Source of the DNA: Alphaproteobacteria bacterium
Lineage (GTDB): Bacteria > Pseudomonadota > Alphaproteobacteria > Bin95
Reading direction: 5' to 3'
DNA: 64,000 nt
Assembly (NCBI GenBank): GCA_963665325.3
Contig: OZ224045.1
Span: 1,824,001 to 1,888,000, forward strand
Shown: positions 34,422 to 44,956 of the stretch, piece by piece
Layout of the letters: every line of letters starts with the position of its first letter
Numbering within the stretch: position 1 is the stretch's first letter
Program-made: the position numbers and the translations under genes
The notes under the pieces: model-generated
The model's input: the letters and a program-made list of their open reading frames with translations, nothing else
Database searches by the model: none
Told to the model about the DNA's origin: nothing

Positions 34422-35258
34422 TCAGTGATGCACGAACACCGGTGCCGGGCAGTCGTGCAGTAGGCGGCGGGTGGCGGAGCCGACCAGGATATTGTGGACG
34501 AGGTTGTGGTGCCCGAAGGCGCCCATCACGAGCATTCCGGCGCTCATGGCTTCGACCTGCGACAGGATGGCATCGGCAGGATTGCCTCGCGCCGCAATTC
34601 CATGCGCCTCGGCCTCGAAGCCGTGCGACCGGAACAAGCCGGCGCCCTTGTCGGCGGTTTCCAGGGCCGTGGCGCGATCGGTGGCGATGCTGACGACATG
34701 GGCCTCCTGTCCCTTCGCCAGCCCGAGCAGGATATACATGTGCATGGCGCGGGAGGATTCCCGGCTGCCGTCAAAGGCCACCACAACCCGTTCGCCCCGC
34801 TGCGGCGCAGGCGGCACCATCACCACAGGCCGCGGATTGTCGTGCAGCAGGCGCTGGACGACATCGGCAATGTCGTGCTTCTCGACTCCGTGGAAGTTGG
34901 TCTCGCGCCCGATGACGATGAGGTCGTGGCGATCCGCCTCCGCCTCGATCAGCATGTGTGGTACGCCCTCGGCCTCGATGGCTCCGTAGGCTGCGCCGGC
35001 GGCCGCGCAAACAGCCTCGAACTCCCTCAGACGCACCTCGAGCCGTTCGCGCGCGGCCTCGACCAGCGTCTCGTCGCGATGCTCCTTGTAGGCGCCGGCA
35101 CCCATCGGCCGGGCCATGGGTGCGGTGAAGAAAGGAGTATCGAGCACACCGATTCCGACGAGCTGCGCGCCATGGCTGCCGGCAATGGCAAGCGCGAGCT
35201 TTTCCCCCTCCACGCTCGACGGGGACGCATCCACCGCCACCACTATGCTCTTGAGCAT
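34422..35258 (-). CDS. Tandem universal stress protein
   Basis: IVVAVDAS.., VVVAFDGSRES, MGAFGH...VGSATR. Confidence 0.88.
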   Translation of the reverse strand: MLKSIVVAVDASPSSVEGEKLALAIAGSHGAQLVGIGVLDTPFFTAPMARPMGAGAYKEHRDETLVEAARERLEVRLREFEAVCAAAGAAYGAIEAEGVPHMLIEAEADRHDLIVIGRETNFHGVEKHDIADVVQRLLHDNPRPVVMVPPAPQRGERVVVAFDGSRESSRAMHMYILLGLAKGQEAHVVSIATDRATALETADKGAGLFRSHGFEAEAHGIAARGNPADAILSQVEAMSAGMLVMGAFGHHNLVHNILVGSATRRLLHDCPAPVFVHH

Positions 35259-35313
35259 GATGCACGCACCCCCTTGGCCGTCCGCCGGATTGTAGCCGCC
35301 GCTTGCGCGGAGG

Positions 35314-36030
35314 TTAAGCTTCGCGCCGGTGCGCTTCGACCAGTTCCGCCATCGAGCCGAAATGGAAATCCACCTGCACCTCCGTGGGCGGCGGCATGGT
35401 GGCGCCCCAGCCCGGCCGGCCCTTGCGTCGGTCGATCCAGCAGGTCGCGAAGCCCGCGGCCACAGCCGGCACATGGTCGTGGAACAGGGATTGCGCTATG
35501 TGCAGGACGCGCGCCTTTGGCATGCTGCGCGCCTCCAGCCCGGCGACCAGCGCATCGAAATTCGCAGCCGCTGGCTTGTAGGAGCCGACGTCCTGGGCCG
35601 TGAAGACTGCGTCGAAGCGCGTTCCCAGGCGTTCGGCAGAGGCGGCGAAATTCTCCCGGTCCACATTCGACAGCACGATGAGTTCGTAATGCCGGCCCAG
35701 ATAGCCGAGCGCCTCGGGGCTGTCCGGGAATGCCGGCCAGTCTGGCACGGAACGGCCGAAGGAGACCGCGTCGGCCTCGACGGGCGCGCGTCCGAAGTCC
35801 GCGCCCATCCCCATGAACGCCCGCGCGAGCACCTCCGGATAGGGCAGGCCCGGCGTTTCGGCCTGCTGGCGCGATTCGTTGGCAGCGAAGCTTTCGAGCA
35901 CGGCGCCGTCCCCGGCCTCCACGCCCTCCCTTGCCGCCCACGGGCGCCATGCGGCGAGAATGCCGGCTTCCCAGTCGATCAGCGTGCCGTAGCAATCGAA
36001 GCTGAGAGCGTCGAAATCCCGAAGCTTCAT
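35314..36030 (-). CDS. HAD-family hydrolase (haloacid dehalogenase type II-like)
   Basis: FDCYGTLIDWE, LSNVD, GSYKP, AQSLFHDH. Confidence 0.9.
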   Translation of the reverse strand: MKLRDFDALSFDCYGTLIDWEAGILAAWRPWAAREGVEAGDGAVLESFAANESRQQAETPGLPYPEVLARAFMGMGADFGRAPVEADAVSFGRSVPDWPAFPDSPEALGYLGRHYELIVLSNVDRENFAASAERLGTRFDAVFTAQDVGSYKPAAANFDALVAGLEARSMPKARVLHIAQSLFHDHVPAVAAGFATCWIDRRKGRPGWGATMPPPTEVQVDFHFGSMAELVEAHRREA

Positions 36031-37208
36031 GCGCGGACCAGCGTTGTTTCGACCAGGCGCGACCAGTAGGTAGCGCCCCAAGGCAGGGCGTCGTCGTTGA
36101 AGTCGTAATGCGGATTGTGAACGACCACGCCGCCATGCTCGCCCTCGGCGCCGTTGCCGATGCGGACATAGGCGCCCGGTTTGGCGTTGAGCATGAAGGA
36201 GAAATCTTCCGAGCCCATGCCGGGCGGCGAGTCCGTGCGCACATTGTCGGCCCCGAACACATCCGCCGCGACGGCGGCTGCAATATCGACATGCGCCTCG
36301 TCGTTGACCGTCGGCGGGTAGCGGCGCTCATAGCGCACAGCGACTCTGGCGCCGAAGGCTTCCGCGATACTGTCGCAGATGCGCCGCATGCGCGATTCCG
36401 TCAGGTCCTGCACCTCCGGTTTGAAGGCCCGGACGGTGCCGCGCAGGACGACCTTCTGGGGGATCACATTCCAGGTGTCGCCGCCATGCACCTGCGTAAT
36501 CGTCAGCACGACCGAGTCGATAGCGTTGACAGACCGGCTCGCGATGGTCTGGAGCGCGGTGACGATCTGGGCCTGCACGACAACGGTGTCCACGCCCTGA
36601 TGCGGCCGGGCGGCGTGCGTGCCGTAGCCGTCGATCTCGATCTCGAAGATATCGAACCCCGCCATCGCCGGCCCGGCGCGGGTCGTGAAACGCCCAACCG
36701 GCACGCCGGGCGAGTTGTGCATTCCGTAAACGGCATCCGCCGGGAAGCGCTCGAACAGCCCGTCCTCAACCATGGCGCGGCCGCCGCCCTCGTTTTCCTC
36801 GGCCGGCTGGAAGACGAAATAGACCGTGCCGTCGAAATTGCGTGTTTCGGCAAGATATTTCGCGGCTCCAAGCAGCATCGTCGTATGCCCGTCATGGCCG
36901 CAGGCATGCATCTTTCCGGGGTTCCGGGACTTGTAGTCGAAGTCGTTTGCCTCCTCGATGTCGAGCGCGTCCATGTCGGCCCGAATGGCGACGGAACGCT
37001 GGCCGTCGCCCTGTCCCCGCAACACTGCAACGACGCCTGTCTTGGCAATGCCGGTATGGACCGCGTCCACGCCGAATTCCTTCAGCTTGTCGGCGACGAA
37101 GGCGGAGGTCCGCACTTCTTCGAATGCCGTTTCGGGATACATGTGGAGCTCGCGCCGCCAGGCGGTCATCTCCTGGTGGAACTCGGCTATGCGATTGACG
37201 ATGGGCAT
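36027..37208 (-). CDS. M20 amidohydrolase (hippurate hydrolase-like)
   Basis: RADMDAL, MHACGHDGH, FQPAEE, GSEDF, HNPHYDFND. Confidence 0.93.
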   Translation of the reverse strand: MPIVNRIAEFHQEMTAWRRELHMYPETAFEEVRTSAFVADKLKEFGVDAVHTGIAKTGVVAVLRGQGDGQRSVAIRADMDALDIEEANDFDYKSRNPGKMHACGHDGHTTMLLGAAKYLAETRNFDGTVYFVFQPAEENEGGGRAMVEDGLFERFPADAVYGMHNSPGVPVGRFTTRAGPAMAGFDIFEIEIDGYGTHAARPHQGVDTVVVQAQIVTALQTIASRSVNAIDSVVLTITQVHGGDTWNVIPQKVVLRGTVRAFKPEVQDLTESRMRRICDSIAEAFGARVAVRYERRYPPTVNDEAHVDIAAAVAADVFGADNVRTDSPPGMGSEDFSFMLNAKPGAYVRIGNGAEGEHGGVVVHNPHYDFNDDALPWGATYWSRLVETTLVRA

Positions 37209-37273
37209 GAACTGCTCTGCCTTGCCATGGGTGCGGGAATGGGGCCCGATTTCGCCCGACGCCGCCCGGCGGG

Positions 37274-38227
37274 TCAAGCGACGCGGTTGCGCATCTCGCC
37301 GCGCGCCCAGGCTTCCAGGCCCGAAACGAGGCCTTCCACCAGGGCGGCCATCGCCGTCTCGCTCGCCCAGGCGACATGCGGGGTGACGATGACATTGGGT
37401 CGGCCCGCAAGCGCCGGCACGAGGTGGTCTTCGGGCGGTGGCTCGGCCGTGGCGACATCGAAAGCCGCGCCCCGGATGGTTTCCCGGTCCAGCGCCTCGA
37501 CCAGCGCGGCCTCGTCCACGATCCCGCCCCTCGCCGTGTTGACGAGGAAGGGCCGCCGGCGCATCGCCTCGAAGTCAGCCCGCCCGATCAGCCCGCGGGT
37601 CTCGTCGTTGAGCGGGCAATGGATGGAGATGGCGTCGGCGCTTGCCAGCATCTCATCGAAGGCCATCCGGCCGGGGCCGGGCGCCGCGCCCTTGCGCCCG
37701 GCGATGACCGGCTCCATGCCGAAAGCGGCAGCCTTGGCGGCGACGGCGGACCCGATGACGCCGGCGCCGACAATACCCAGCCGCTTCCCCGACAGGTCCA
37801 TGATCGGATAATCGAAGAGGCAGAAACTGCGCGCCTTCGCCCAGCGCCCCTTGGCCACGGCGCGGTCGTAGGCGGGCACCGCGCGCGCCAGCGCCAGCAG
37901 CAGGGCCAACGCATGTTCCGCAACGCTGTCCGCGGCATAGCCGGTGACGTTGGTGACCGGCACACCGGCGGCCCGCGCTGCTTCTTTGTCCACGCAATCG
38001 GTGCCGGTGGCCGAAACTGCCACGAGCTCCAACGTCGGTGCGGCCTCGAACACCGAGGCGTCGATGCGGCACTTGTTGGTGACCGTGACATGGGCACCCC
38101 GCAGCCGTTCCGCCGCCTGGTCCGGCCGGGTCTCCTCGAACTCGACCCACTCATGCGGGAAGCCGGGCCTACGAATCGGCACGCCGGGAGGAAAGGAGTT
38201 GCGCTCCAGAAAGACGATTCTCTTCAT
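37274..38227 (-). CDS. hprA: D-2-hydroxyacid dehydrogenase, hydroxypyruvate reductase-like
   Basis: IVFLERNS..FPHEW.EF, ATGTDCVD, FCLFDYPI, NTARGG, TPHVAW; resembles Methylobacterium HprA from recollection. Confidence 0.75.
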   Translation of the reverse strand: MKRIVFLERNSFPPGVPIRRPGFPHEWVEFEETRPDQAAERLRGAHVTVTNKCRIDASVFEAAPTLELVAVSATGTDCVDKEAARAAGVPVTNVTGYAADSVAEHALALLLALARAVPAYDRAVAKGRWAKARSFCLFDYPIMDLSGKRLGIVGAGVIGSAVAAKAAAFGMEPVIAGRKGAAPGPGRMAFDEMLASADAISIHCPLNDETRGLIGRADFEAMRRRPFLVNTARGGIVDEAALVEALDRETIRGAAFDVATAEPPPEDHLVPALAGRPNVIVTPHVAWASETAMAALVEGLVSGLEAWARGEMRNRVA

Positions 38228-38303
38228 GGTCCTGCCGCCTGCCTCTCGACTTGTTGCCGGCGCGCATTAAATCATGCGATGCAGGATCGGGGAGAGGGGA
38301 TCG

Positions 38304-39290
38304 ATGCGAGCGGCTTGGTACGAGCGCAAGGGACCGGCACGGGATGTGCTGGAAATCGGCGAAATGCCGACGCCGGAAGCAGGTCCGGGCGAAGTGCGCG
38401 TTCGGCTGGCGGCGTCCGGCGTCAACCCGGCCGATGTGAAGTTGCGCGCGGGCACAAGCGACTACGGATTCAATTTCGCGCGCGTGATCCCGAACAGCGA
38501 CGGCGCCGGTATTATCGATCAGATGGGCGCGGGGGTCGATGCGGCCTGGCTGAGCCGGCGGGTCTGGCTCTACAACGGCCAGAGGCTCGGGCGGGCATGC
38601 GGCACGGCGGCGGAATATATCGCGCTCGATGCCGGGCTCGTTCATGCACTGCCCGACGGACTCGGATTTGCAGAAGGGGCAACGCTCGGCATTCCCGCGA
38701 TGACGGCGCATCGCTGCGTCTTCGCCGGTGGGTCGGTGGCGGGCCGGACAGTGCTGGTGACCGGAGGCGCGGGCGCCGTCGGGCACTATGCGGTGCAGCT
38801 TGCGAAATGGGGCGGCGCGCGCGTGCTAGCGACCGTGAGCGGCGAGGCGAAAGCGGCGCATGCCGTGGCAGGCGGGGCCGATGCGACTGTCAATTACCGG
38901 CAGGAAGACGTTATCGCCCGGGTGCGGGAGCTTACCGGTGGGGAGGGCGTGGACCGAATCGTCGAGGTCGATTTCGGTGGCAATCTCGCCATTATGATGG
39001 GCGTGCTGAAGCGCAACGGCGCCGTTGCAATTTATGCCAGCGACGGCAATGCCAAGCTGGAGATCGACGTGCGCGCCCTTATGGGCCTGAACGCCACTCT
39101 GAATTTCGTGGTGCTGAACAGCATCCCTCTGGAAGCGCGCCGGCAGGCGCAGCGCGATGTGACGCGCTGGGCCGCGGCCGGCGAAGGACTGTTTCCTGTC
39201 GCAGCGCGGTTCCCGCTGGATGAGATCGTGGCCGCACATGAGCTGGTGGAAAGTCTGGACAAGCTCGGCACGGTCGTCGTCGAGCCCTGA
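38304..39290 (+). CDS. NADPH:quinone reductase (MDR/zeta-crystallin family)
   Basis: SGVNPAD, PNSDGAG, GGAGAVG. Confidence 0.9.
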   Translation: MRAAWYERKGPARDVLEIGEMPTPEAGPGEVRVRLAASGVNPADVKLRAGTSDYGFNFARVIPNSDGAGIIDQMGAGVDAAWLSRRVWLYNGQRLGRACGTAAEYIALDAGLVHALPDGLGFAEGATLGIPAMTAHRCVFAGGSVAGRTVLVTGGAGAVGHYAVQLAKWGGARVLATVSGEAKAAHAVAGGADATVNYRQEDVIARVRELTGGEGVDRIVEVDFGGNLAIMMGVLKRNGAVAIYASDGNAKLEIDVRALMGLNATLNFVVLNSIPLEARRQAQRDVTRWAAAGEGLFPVAARFPLDEIVAAHELVESLDKLGTVVVEP

Positions 39291-39307
39291 AACAACGAGG
39301 ATCGCAC

Positions 39308-40837
39308 ATGGACCTGCCCTGCACGCTGGCCGACCTGATTGCGGCCCACCCGGTCGACCGTGTCGCCTTGGACGCGCCCGGACGCCCTTCCCTGACCTTC
39401 GGGGCGCTTGGCAGGCAGGCGCACGAAACCGTCTCGTCGCTCAATGCCTTCGGGATCGGCCGCAACGATAGAGTGGCGGTGGTGCTGCCCAACGGCCCGG
39501 AGATGGCGGCGGCCTTCCTGGCAGTCGGCGCCGGAGCTACGGTGGCGCCGCTTAACCCGGCCTATCGGGAAGATGAGTTCCACTTTTACCTAGACGACCT
39601 TTCGGCCAAGGCGCTGATCGTGTCGGAGGAAGAAGACGGGCCCGCGGTCGATGCTGCGGCCCGGTTGGGCATGCCGGTGCTCCGGCTGGTTGGCGACGAG
39701 GAGCAACCGGCAGGCAGTTTCTCGCTGCTCGCCGAGGGCACGGGAGGTGAGAGCACGCCGGTGAAGGGCTATGCGGGCGCCGCGGATACCGCGCTCGTGC
39801 TGCATACCTCCGGCACGACCTCGCGGCCCAAGATCGTGCCGCTCAGCCAGACGAATATCTGCGCTTCGGCGGAGCATATCGAGCAGACCCTCCGGCTGGA
39901 GCCGGCAGATCGCGGCATGAACATCATGCCGCTGTTCCACATTCATGGGCTGATCGCCAACCTGCTTGCGCCGATGCGCGCCGGAACGAGCGTCTATTGC
40001 ACGCCGGGTTTCGATGCATTCCGGGTCTTCGAGTGGTTCGCAGATGCCGAGCCGACCTGGTACTCCGCCGTGCCGACCATGCACCAGGCGATTCTGGCCC
40101 GGGCCCGGCGGAACACCGAGATAACGGACGCCCTGCAATTGCGGTTCGTGCGTTCATCCTCGTCTTCGCTGCCGCCGCAGGTGATGCGGGAGCTGGAAAC
40201 CCTGTTCCGCTGCCCGGTGATCGAGAGCTACGGCATGACGGAGGCCGCCCACCAGATGGCGAGCAACCCGCTGCCGCCCGGGGAACGCCGGGCCGGATCC
40301 GTGGGCATTGCAGCCGGGCCAGACATCGCCGTCATGGACGAGACGGGACGGATGCTGGCGCCCGGCGAGACCGGCGAAGTGGTCATCCGCGGGCCGAACG
40401 TGATGGCCGCCTACGAGAACAACCCGGAGGCCAATGAGAGCGCGTTTTCGGACGGCTGGTTCCGAACCGGCGACCAGGGAATCGTCGATGCGGCGGGCTA
40501 TCTGACGATTACCGGGCGACTCAAGGAGATCATCAACCGGGGTGGCGAAAAGATATCTCCGCGCGAGGTGGACGAGGCGTTGATGGACCACGCCGCCGTC
40601 CAGCAGGTCGTCACCTTCGCCCTTCCGCACCGGACACTCGGCGAGGAGGTGGCCGCCGCCATCGTGCTGGCTGAAGGGGCGGAAGCGAGCGACCGGGACC
40701 TCAAGGAGTTCGCCAGCGCCCGCCTTGCCGACTTCAAGGTGCCGCGCCGGATCGTGTTCGTGGACGAGATTCCCAAGGGTGCGACGGGCAAGCTCCAGCG
40801 CATCGGACTCGCCGAGAAGCTCGGCCTCGCTCCGTGA
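39308..40837 (+). CDS. Acyl-CoA ligase, oxalate-CoA ligase-like
   Basis: LHTSGTTSRPK, MPLFHIHGL, YSAVPTMHQ, RSSSSSLPP, YGMTEAAHQMASNPLP, KGATGKLQR. Confidence 0.85.
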   Translation: MDLPCTLADLIAAHPVDRVALDAPGRPSLTFGALGRQAHETVSSLNAFGIGRNDRVAVVLPNGPEMAAAFLAVGAGATVAPLNPAYREDEFHFYLDDLSAKALIVSEEEDGPAVDAAARLGMPVLRLVGDEEQPAGSFSLLAEGTGGESTPVKGYAGAADTALVLHTSGTTSRPKIVPLSQTNICASAEHIEQTLRLEPADRGMNIMPLFHIHGLIANLLAPMRAGTSVYCTPGFDAFRVFEWFADAEPTWYSAVPTMHQAILARARRNTEITDALQLRFVRSSSSSLPPQVMRELETLFRCPVIESYGMTEAAHQMASNPLPPGERRAGSVGIAAGPDIAVMDETGRMLAPGETGEVVIRGPNVMAAYENNPEANESAFSDGWFRTGDQGIVDAAGYLTITGRLKEIINRGGEKISPREVDEALMDHAAVQQVVTFALPHRTLGEEVAAAIVLAEGAEASDRDLKEFASARLADFKVPRRIVFVDEIPKGATGKLQRIGLAEKLGLAP

Positions 40838-41817
40838 AGGTCGCTATCTACGGCGCGGGGGCGATCGGTTGCCATCTCGCGGCCCTCGTGGCGCGCCAGG
40901 GCGATGCCGAAATCAGCCTGATTGCGCGCGGGCCGCATCTGGCGGCCCTGCGGGCGAACGGGTTGCGCTTCGTTTCCGACGAAGAGGATTTTACGCTGCC
41001 GGTCGCGGCGAGCGAGGACCCGGCGGATTTCGGCGTCCAGAACTTCGTGATCGTGACGCTCAAGGCCCATCAGGCGCCGGACGCCGTCGAGGCAATGCGC
41101 CCGCTGTTGGGGCCTGACACCGCGGTCGTCACCGCGATGAACGGGGTTCCCTGGTGGTATTTCCACGGCATCGACACGGGCTTCCCCGCAGGGCCGGTGG
41201 AAGCGGTCGATCCGGGCGGCGCCCAATGGTTCGGGCTGGGCTCGGAGCGCGCCATAGGTTGCGTCGTCTATCCGGCGACGGAAATCGTCGAACCCGGCGT
41301 CTGTCGTCATATCGACGGCAATACTTATACCCTGGGCGAACCTGACGGAACGCGCAGCGAGCGGGCCTCAGCGCTCTCCCGGCTGCTCATTGCGGCAGGC
41401 TTCCGCGCGCCCGTCAGGCCCCGCATCCGCGACGAGATCTGGGTGAAGCTCTGGGGCAATCTCTGCTTCAACCCGATCTCGGCGCTCACCCATGCGACCC
41501 TGGCTGAAATCGGTGCGGATACCGGTGTGCGACGGCTTGTCGAGGCGATGATGCGCGAGGGGCAGGCCGTCGGCGAAGCGTTGGGCGTGCGGTTCCGCAT
41601 CCCGCTGGAACGCAGGCTCGAAGGCGCTGTCGGCGTCGGCGCGCACAAGACCTCCATGCTGCAGGACCTGGAGCGCGGCCGGCCGATGGAGATCGACGCG
41701 CTGGTGGGCGCGGTCGGCGAGCTCGGCAGGCGCGCGGGCGTCGCGACACCGGCTATCGATACCGTCCTGGCGCTCATCCGCTTGCGCGGGCGCATGGCAG
41801 GCACCTATCCGCTATAA
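40834..41817 (+). CDS. Ketopantoate-reductase family; probable oxalyl-CoA reductase (PanE2)
   Basis: GAGAIG, NGVPWWYF, WVKLWGN..FNPISAL, HKTSMLQD; overlaps the ligase stop. Confidence 0.8.
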   Translation: MKVAIYGAGAIGCHLAALVARQGDAEISLIARGPHLAALRANGLRFVSDEEDFTLPVAASEDPADFGVQNFVIVTLKAHQAPDAVEAMRPLLGPDTAVVTAMNGVPWWYFHGIDTGFPAGPVEAVDPGGAQWFGLGSERAIGCVVYPATEIVEPGVCRHIDGNTYTLGEPDGTRSERASALSRLLIAAGFRAPVRPRIRDEIWVKLWGNLCFNPISALTHATLAEIGADTGVRRLVEAMMREGQAVGEALGVRFRIPLERRLEGAVGVGAHKTSMLQDLERGRPMEIDALVGAVGELGRRAGVATPAIDTVLALIRLRGRMAGTYPL

Positions 41818-41849
41818 GGCGTCGCGAGGAAATCGGGAGGGGGGACACC

Positions 41850-43940
41850 ATGTCCGAAGTCGTCCACTTCAGCAGGCAGGGACCTGTCGGCATCATTACT
41901 GTGGACTATCCGCCTGTGAACGCGCTTGGGCCGGGTGTCCGCGAAGGCATACTGGACGCGCTCGACCGCGGCATCGCTGATTCCGAAGTGCGGGCCATGG
42001 TGCTGATCGGGGCCGGCCGGAGCTTTATCGCCGGTGCCGATATTCGCGGCTTCGGCAAGGGACGCCCACCGGTCACCCGACGCACCCATGACGTGCTGGA
42101 AGCAAGTCCCAAGCCGATTGTTGCGGCGATTCACGGCTACGCGCTCGGCGGCGGGCTGGAGAATGCCCTCGGCTGCCACTACCGCATCGCCGTGCCGGGC
42201 GCGAAGGTGGGCCTGCCTGAAGTCCTGATCGGCATCCTGCCAGGCGGCGGCGGCACGCAGCGCCTGCCTCGCCTGATCGGCCCGGAGGCCGCGCTCGAGA
42301 TGATCGTCTCGGGCCGCCACGTGCCCGCGCCGGAAGCGCTTGCGCTGGGCATTCTCGACGAGCTGGTGGAGGGTGGCGAACTGCGCGATGCCGCCGTTGC
42401 CTTTGCGATGCGGGTGATGCACGAGCCCGTCCTGCCGAGAGCGTCGGAACGGGAGATACCGGAGCACGATCCGGGTATCTTCGAGGCGATGCGGCAAAAG
42501 ATCGCCCGCCGTGCCCGCAATCAGCCGGCGCCCTGGCATTGCATCCGCTGTGTGGAGATTGCGTGTTCCACGCCCTTCGAGGAAGGCATCCGGCAGGAGC
42601 GCGCGCTGTTCGAGGAGTTGGAGAACTCGGAGGAGGCGAAGGCGCTGCGCTATGCCTTCTTCGCAGAGCGTGAAGCACAGCGCTCGCCGGTTGTGCCGCG
42701 CGGAACGCCCGCCCGCCCGGTGGAGGCAGCCGCGGTGGTCGGCGCCGGAACCATGGGCGGCGGGATCGCCATGACCTGCGCCGATGCCGGCCTGCCGGTC
42801 AAGATCATGGACAAGGACCCGGAGACGCTCGCGCGGGGCATGGAACGAATCGGGAAGACCTACGCGGCAAGCGTCGCCCGGGGTTCGCTGGACGAAGCGG
42901 CCATGGCGGCGCGCCTCGCCCTGATCGAACCGGTCGAAACCTACGATGCGATTGCGGATGCCGATGTCGTGATCGAGGCGGTGTTCGAGGAAGTCGGCGT
43001 CAAGCGGGACGTCTTCCGGGCTCTGGACCGGACGATGAAGCCGGGCGCCCTGCTGCTCTCGAACACCTCCGCGCTGGATATCGACGAGATTGCAGCCGCG
43101 ACGGAGCGGCCGGAAGACGTGGCCGGCGCGCATTTCTTCAGCCCGGCCAATGTCATGAAACTGCTGGAGGTCGTCCGCGGCGAGCGGACGTCCGAGGAGG
43201 TGCTGGCCTCAGTCCAGGCGCTGGCGAAGCGGCTCGCCAAGGTAGGCGTCGTCTGCGGCAACTGCGACGGCTTCGTCGCCAACCGATCGCGCGCGCCGTT
43301 CAACACCGAGATGATCATCCTGCTGGAAGAAGGGGCGCTGCCGGAGCAGGTGGACGGGGCAATGGTCGAGTTCGGCTATCTCATGGGTCCGTTCGTGGTC
43401 GGCGACCTCGCCGGACTCGACATCGGCTATGCCGGGCGCAAGCGCAGGGAAGCAGCCGATCCGACGATCCGCCCGCTGCCGATTGCGGACGCCTTGGTCG
43501 AAGCGGGGCGCCTCGGCATGAAGACGGGCGCCGGATGGTACCGTTACGAGCCCGGCGACCGCACGCCGCATCCCGACCCGGAGGTAGCGGCGCTGATCCG
43601 GCAGGTCGCCGGCGAATCGGGCGTCGAGCAACGGGAGTTCGACGACGAGGAGATCTCGCAGCGCCTGCTTTTCTCGTCCGTCAACGAGGCCTGCCGGATT
43701 ATCGAGGAGGGCATGGCCGGACACGCCGTGGAAGTGGACACGATGTGGCTCTACGGATTCGGGTTTCCGCGTTACCGTGGCGGGCTCATGTATTGGGCCG
43801 ATACCATTGGCGTCAGAGCGGTCTATGGCCGGATCGCGGCATGGCACCAGCGCTATGGAGAACGGTGGGCACCGGCGCCCCTCTTGCGGCGCCTCGCCGA
43901 GAGCGGCACACCGCTGAGGGAGGCGGCTTCCGATATGTGA
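41850..43940 (+). CDS. Bifunctional enoyl-CoA hydratase/3-hydroxyacyl-CoA dehydrogenase
   Basis: FIAGADI, GAGTMGGGI, EAVFE, SNTS, HFFSPANVMKLLE. Confidence 0.93.
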   Translation: MSEVVHFSRQGPVGIITVDYPPVNALGPGVREGILDALDRGIADSEVRAMVLIGAGRSFIAGADIRGFGKGRPPVTRRTHDVLEASPKPIVAAIHGYALGGGLENALGCHYRIAVPGAKVGLPEVLIGILPGGGGTQRLPRLIGPEAALEMIVSGRHVPAPEALALGILDELVEGGELRDAAVAFAMRVMHEPVLPRASEREIPEHDPGIFEAMRQKIARRARNQPAPWHCIRCVEIACSTPFEEGIRQERALFEELENSEEAKALRYAFFAEREAQRSPVVPRGTPARPVEAAAVVGAGTMGGGIAMTCADAGLPVKIMDKDPETLARGMERIGKTYAASVARGSLDEAAMAARLALIEPVETYDAIADADVVIEAVFEEVGVKRDVFRALDRTMKPGALLLSNTSALDIDEIAAATERPEDVAGAHFFSPANVMKLLEVVRGERTSEEVLASVQALAKRLAKVGVVCGNCDGFVANRSRAPFNTEMIILLEEGALPEQVDGAMVEFGYLMGPFVVGDLAGLDIGYAGRKRREAADPTIRPLPIADALVEAGRLGMKTGAGWYRYEPGDRTPHPDPEVAALIRQVAGESGVEQREFDDEEISQRLLFSSVNEACRIIEEGMAGHAVEVDTMWLYGFGFPRYRGGLMYWADTIGVRAVYGRIAAWHQRYGERWAPAPLLRRLAESGTPLREAASDM

Positions 43941-44043
43941 TTCGTGTTTGCGAATCGGGCATGAACCGTTATCATAACGGGTGGCCGAACCAGCCGATTG
44001 GCCGCCCGCTACTTCAGACACACGGCAATCGCGAGGAAATAAC

Positions 44044-44886
44044 ATGCTGTCACGGATCACTACCTATATTGTGGTCGGGACCGCTGCGCTTGCGCTCGGA
44101 GGATGCGCGTCGAACCTGAAAGACGCGCAGATGGCCGAGGCGACCGGGTCCGACTTCCAGATGGGATTAATCGAGGGCTACAAGAAGCTCGCAAACATGG
44201 AAGCGGCCGAAGCGGACTGGCAGGACGCTCGGGTCTTCTCCGCCCGCGTGATGGCTGTCGCTAGCGGCGCCGATGTGATGCCCGAGTCGCCCTCCGACCG
44301 CGTTCTTCCGGCTGACGTCAGTTGGGAAGTGGAAATCGCCCAGGCGCGGCTCGAAACCATCTTGGACGGCGGCGGGCGCGAGAAGGCCGGAAAGGCCGCC
44401 GCCATGGCGCAGGTCGGCTTCGATTGCTGGCTGCAGGAGCTGGAAGAAAATATCCAGCCGGACGATATTGCGAACTGCAAGGCGATGTTCGAGGAAGGCG
44501 CGAGCGCTGCGGAAGATGCGCTTCGGCCGCCGCCGCCGAAGCCCGTCGACAAGGGCCCGTGGGAGGTCTATTTCGCCTGGGACAGCGCGGCTATCGACGC
44601 GGCGGCCCAGCAGGCGATCAACACGGCCTACACGGCGCACCGCAAGTTCAAGGGTTCGACCGTGAACATCTCCGGCCACGCCGACACGAGCGGCCCGTCC
44701 AAATACAACCAGAAGCTCTCCGAGATGCGGGCCAAGGCGGTCTATGAGGTGTTCACCCTCGACCTGCTCGTTCCCGAAGAACAGGTCTCGATGAATGCGA
44801 TGGGCGAGGATGGACTGGCGATCTTGACTCCGGACAACACCCGCGAGGTGCTGAACCGCCGGGTCGTGATTCATCTCTCGAAATAG
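44044..44886 (+). CDS. OmpA-family lipoprotein
   Basis: LALGGC lipobox; FDCWLQELEEN; VYFAWDS, GHADTSG, NQKLSEMRA, NRRV. Confidence 0.88.
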   Translation: MLSRITTYIVVGTAALALGGCASNLKDAQMAEATGSDFQMGLIEGYKKLANMEAAEADWQDARVFSARVMAVASGADVMPESPSDRVLPADVSWEVEIAQARLETILDGGGREKAGKAAAMAQVGFDCWLQELEENIQPDDIANCKAMFEEGASAAEDALRPPPPKPVDKGPWEVYFAWDSAAIDAAAQQAINTAYTAHRKFKGSTVNISGHADTSGPSKYNQKLSEMRAKAVYEVFTLDLLVPEEQVSMNAMGEDGLAILTPDNTREVLNRRVVIHLSK

Positions 44887-44921
44887 GCTGGAAGCCGGGT
44901 AACCGGCGGAACGGTCACGGG

Positions 44922-44952
44922 GGCGCCCCGCCGGTAACGGCGGGGCGCCTTG
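44922..44952. terminator. Stem-loop between convergent genes
   Basis: GGCGCCCCGCCG-GTAA-CGGCGGGGCGCC, a 12-bp perfect stem. Confidence 0.65.
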
Positions 44953-44956
44953 CATT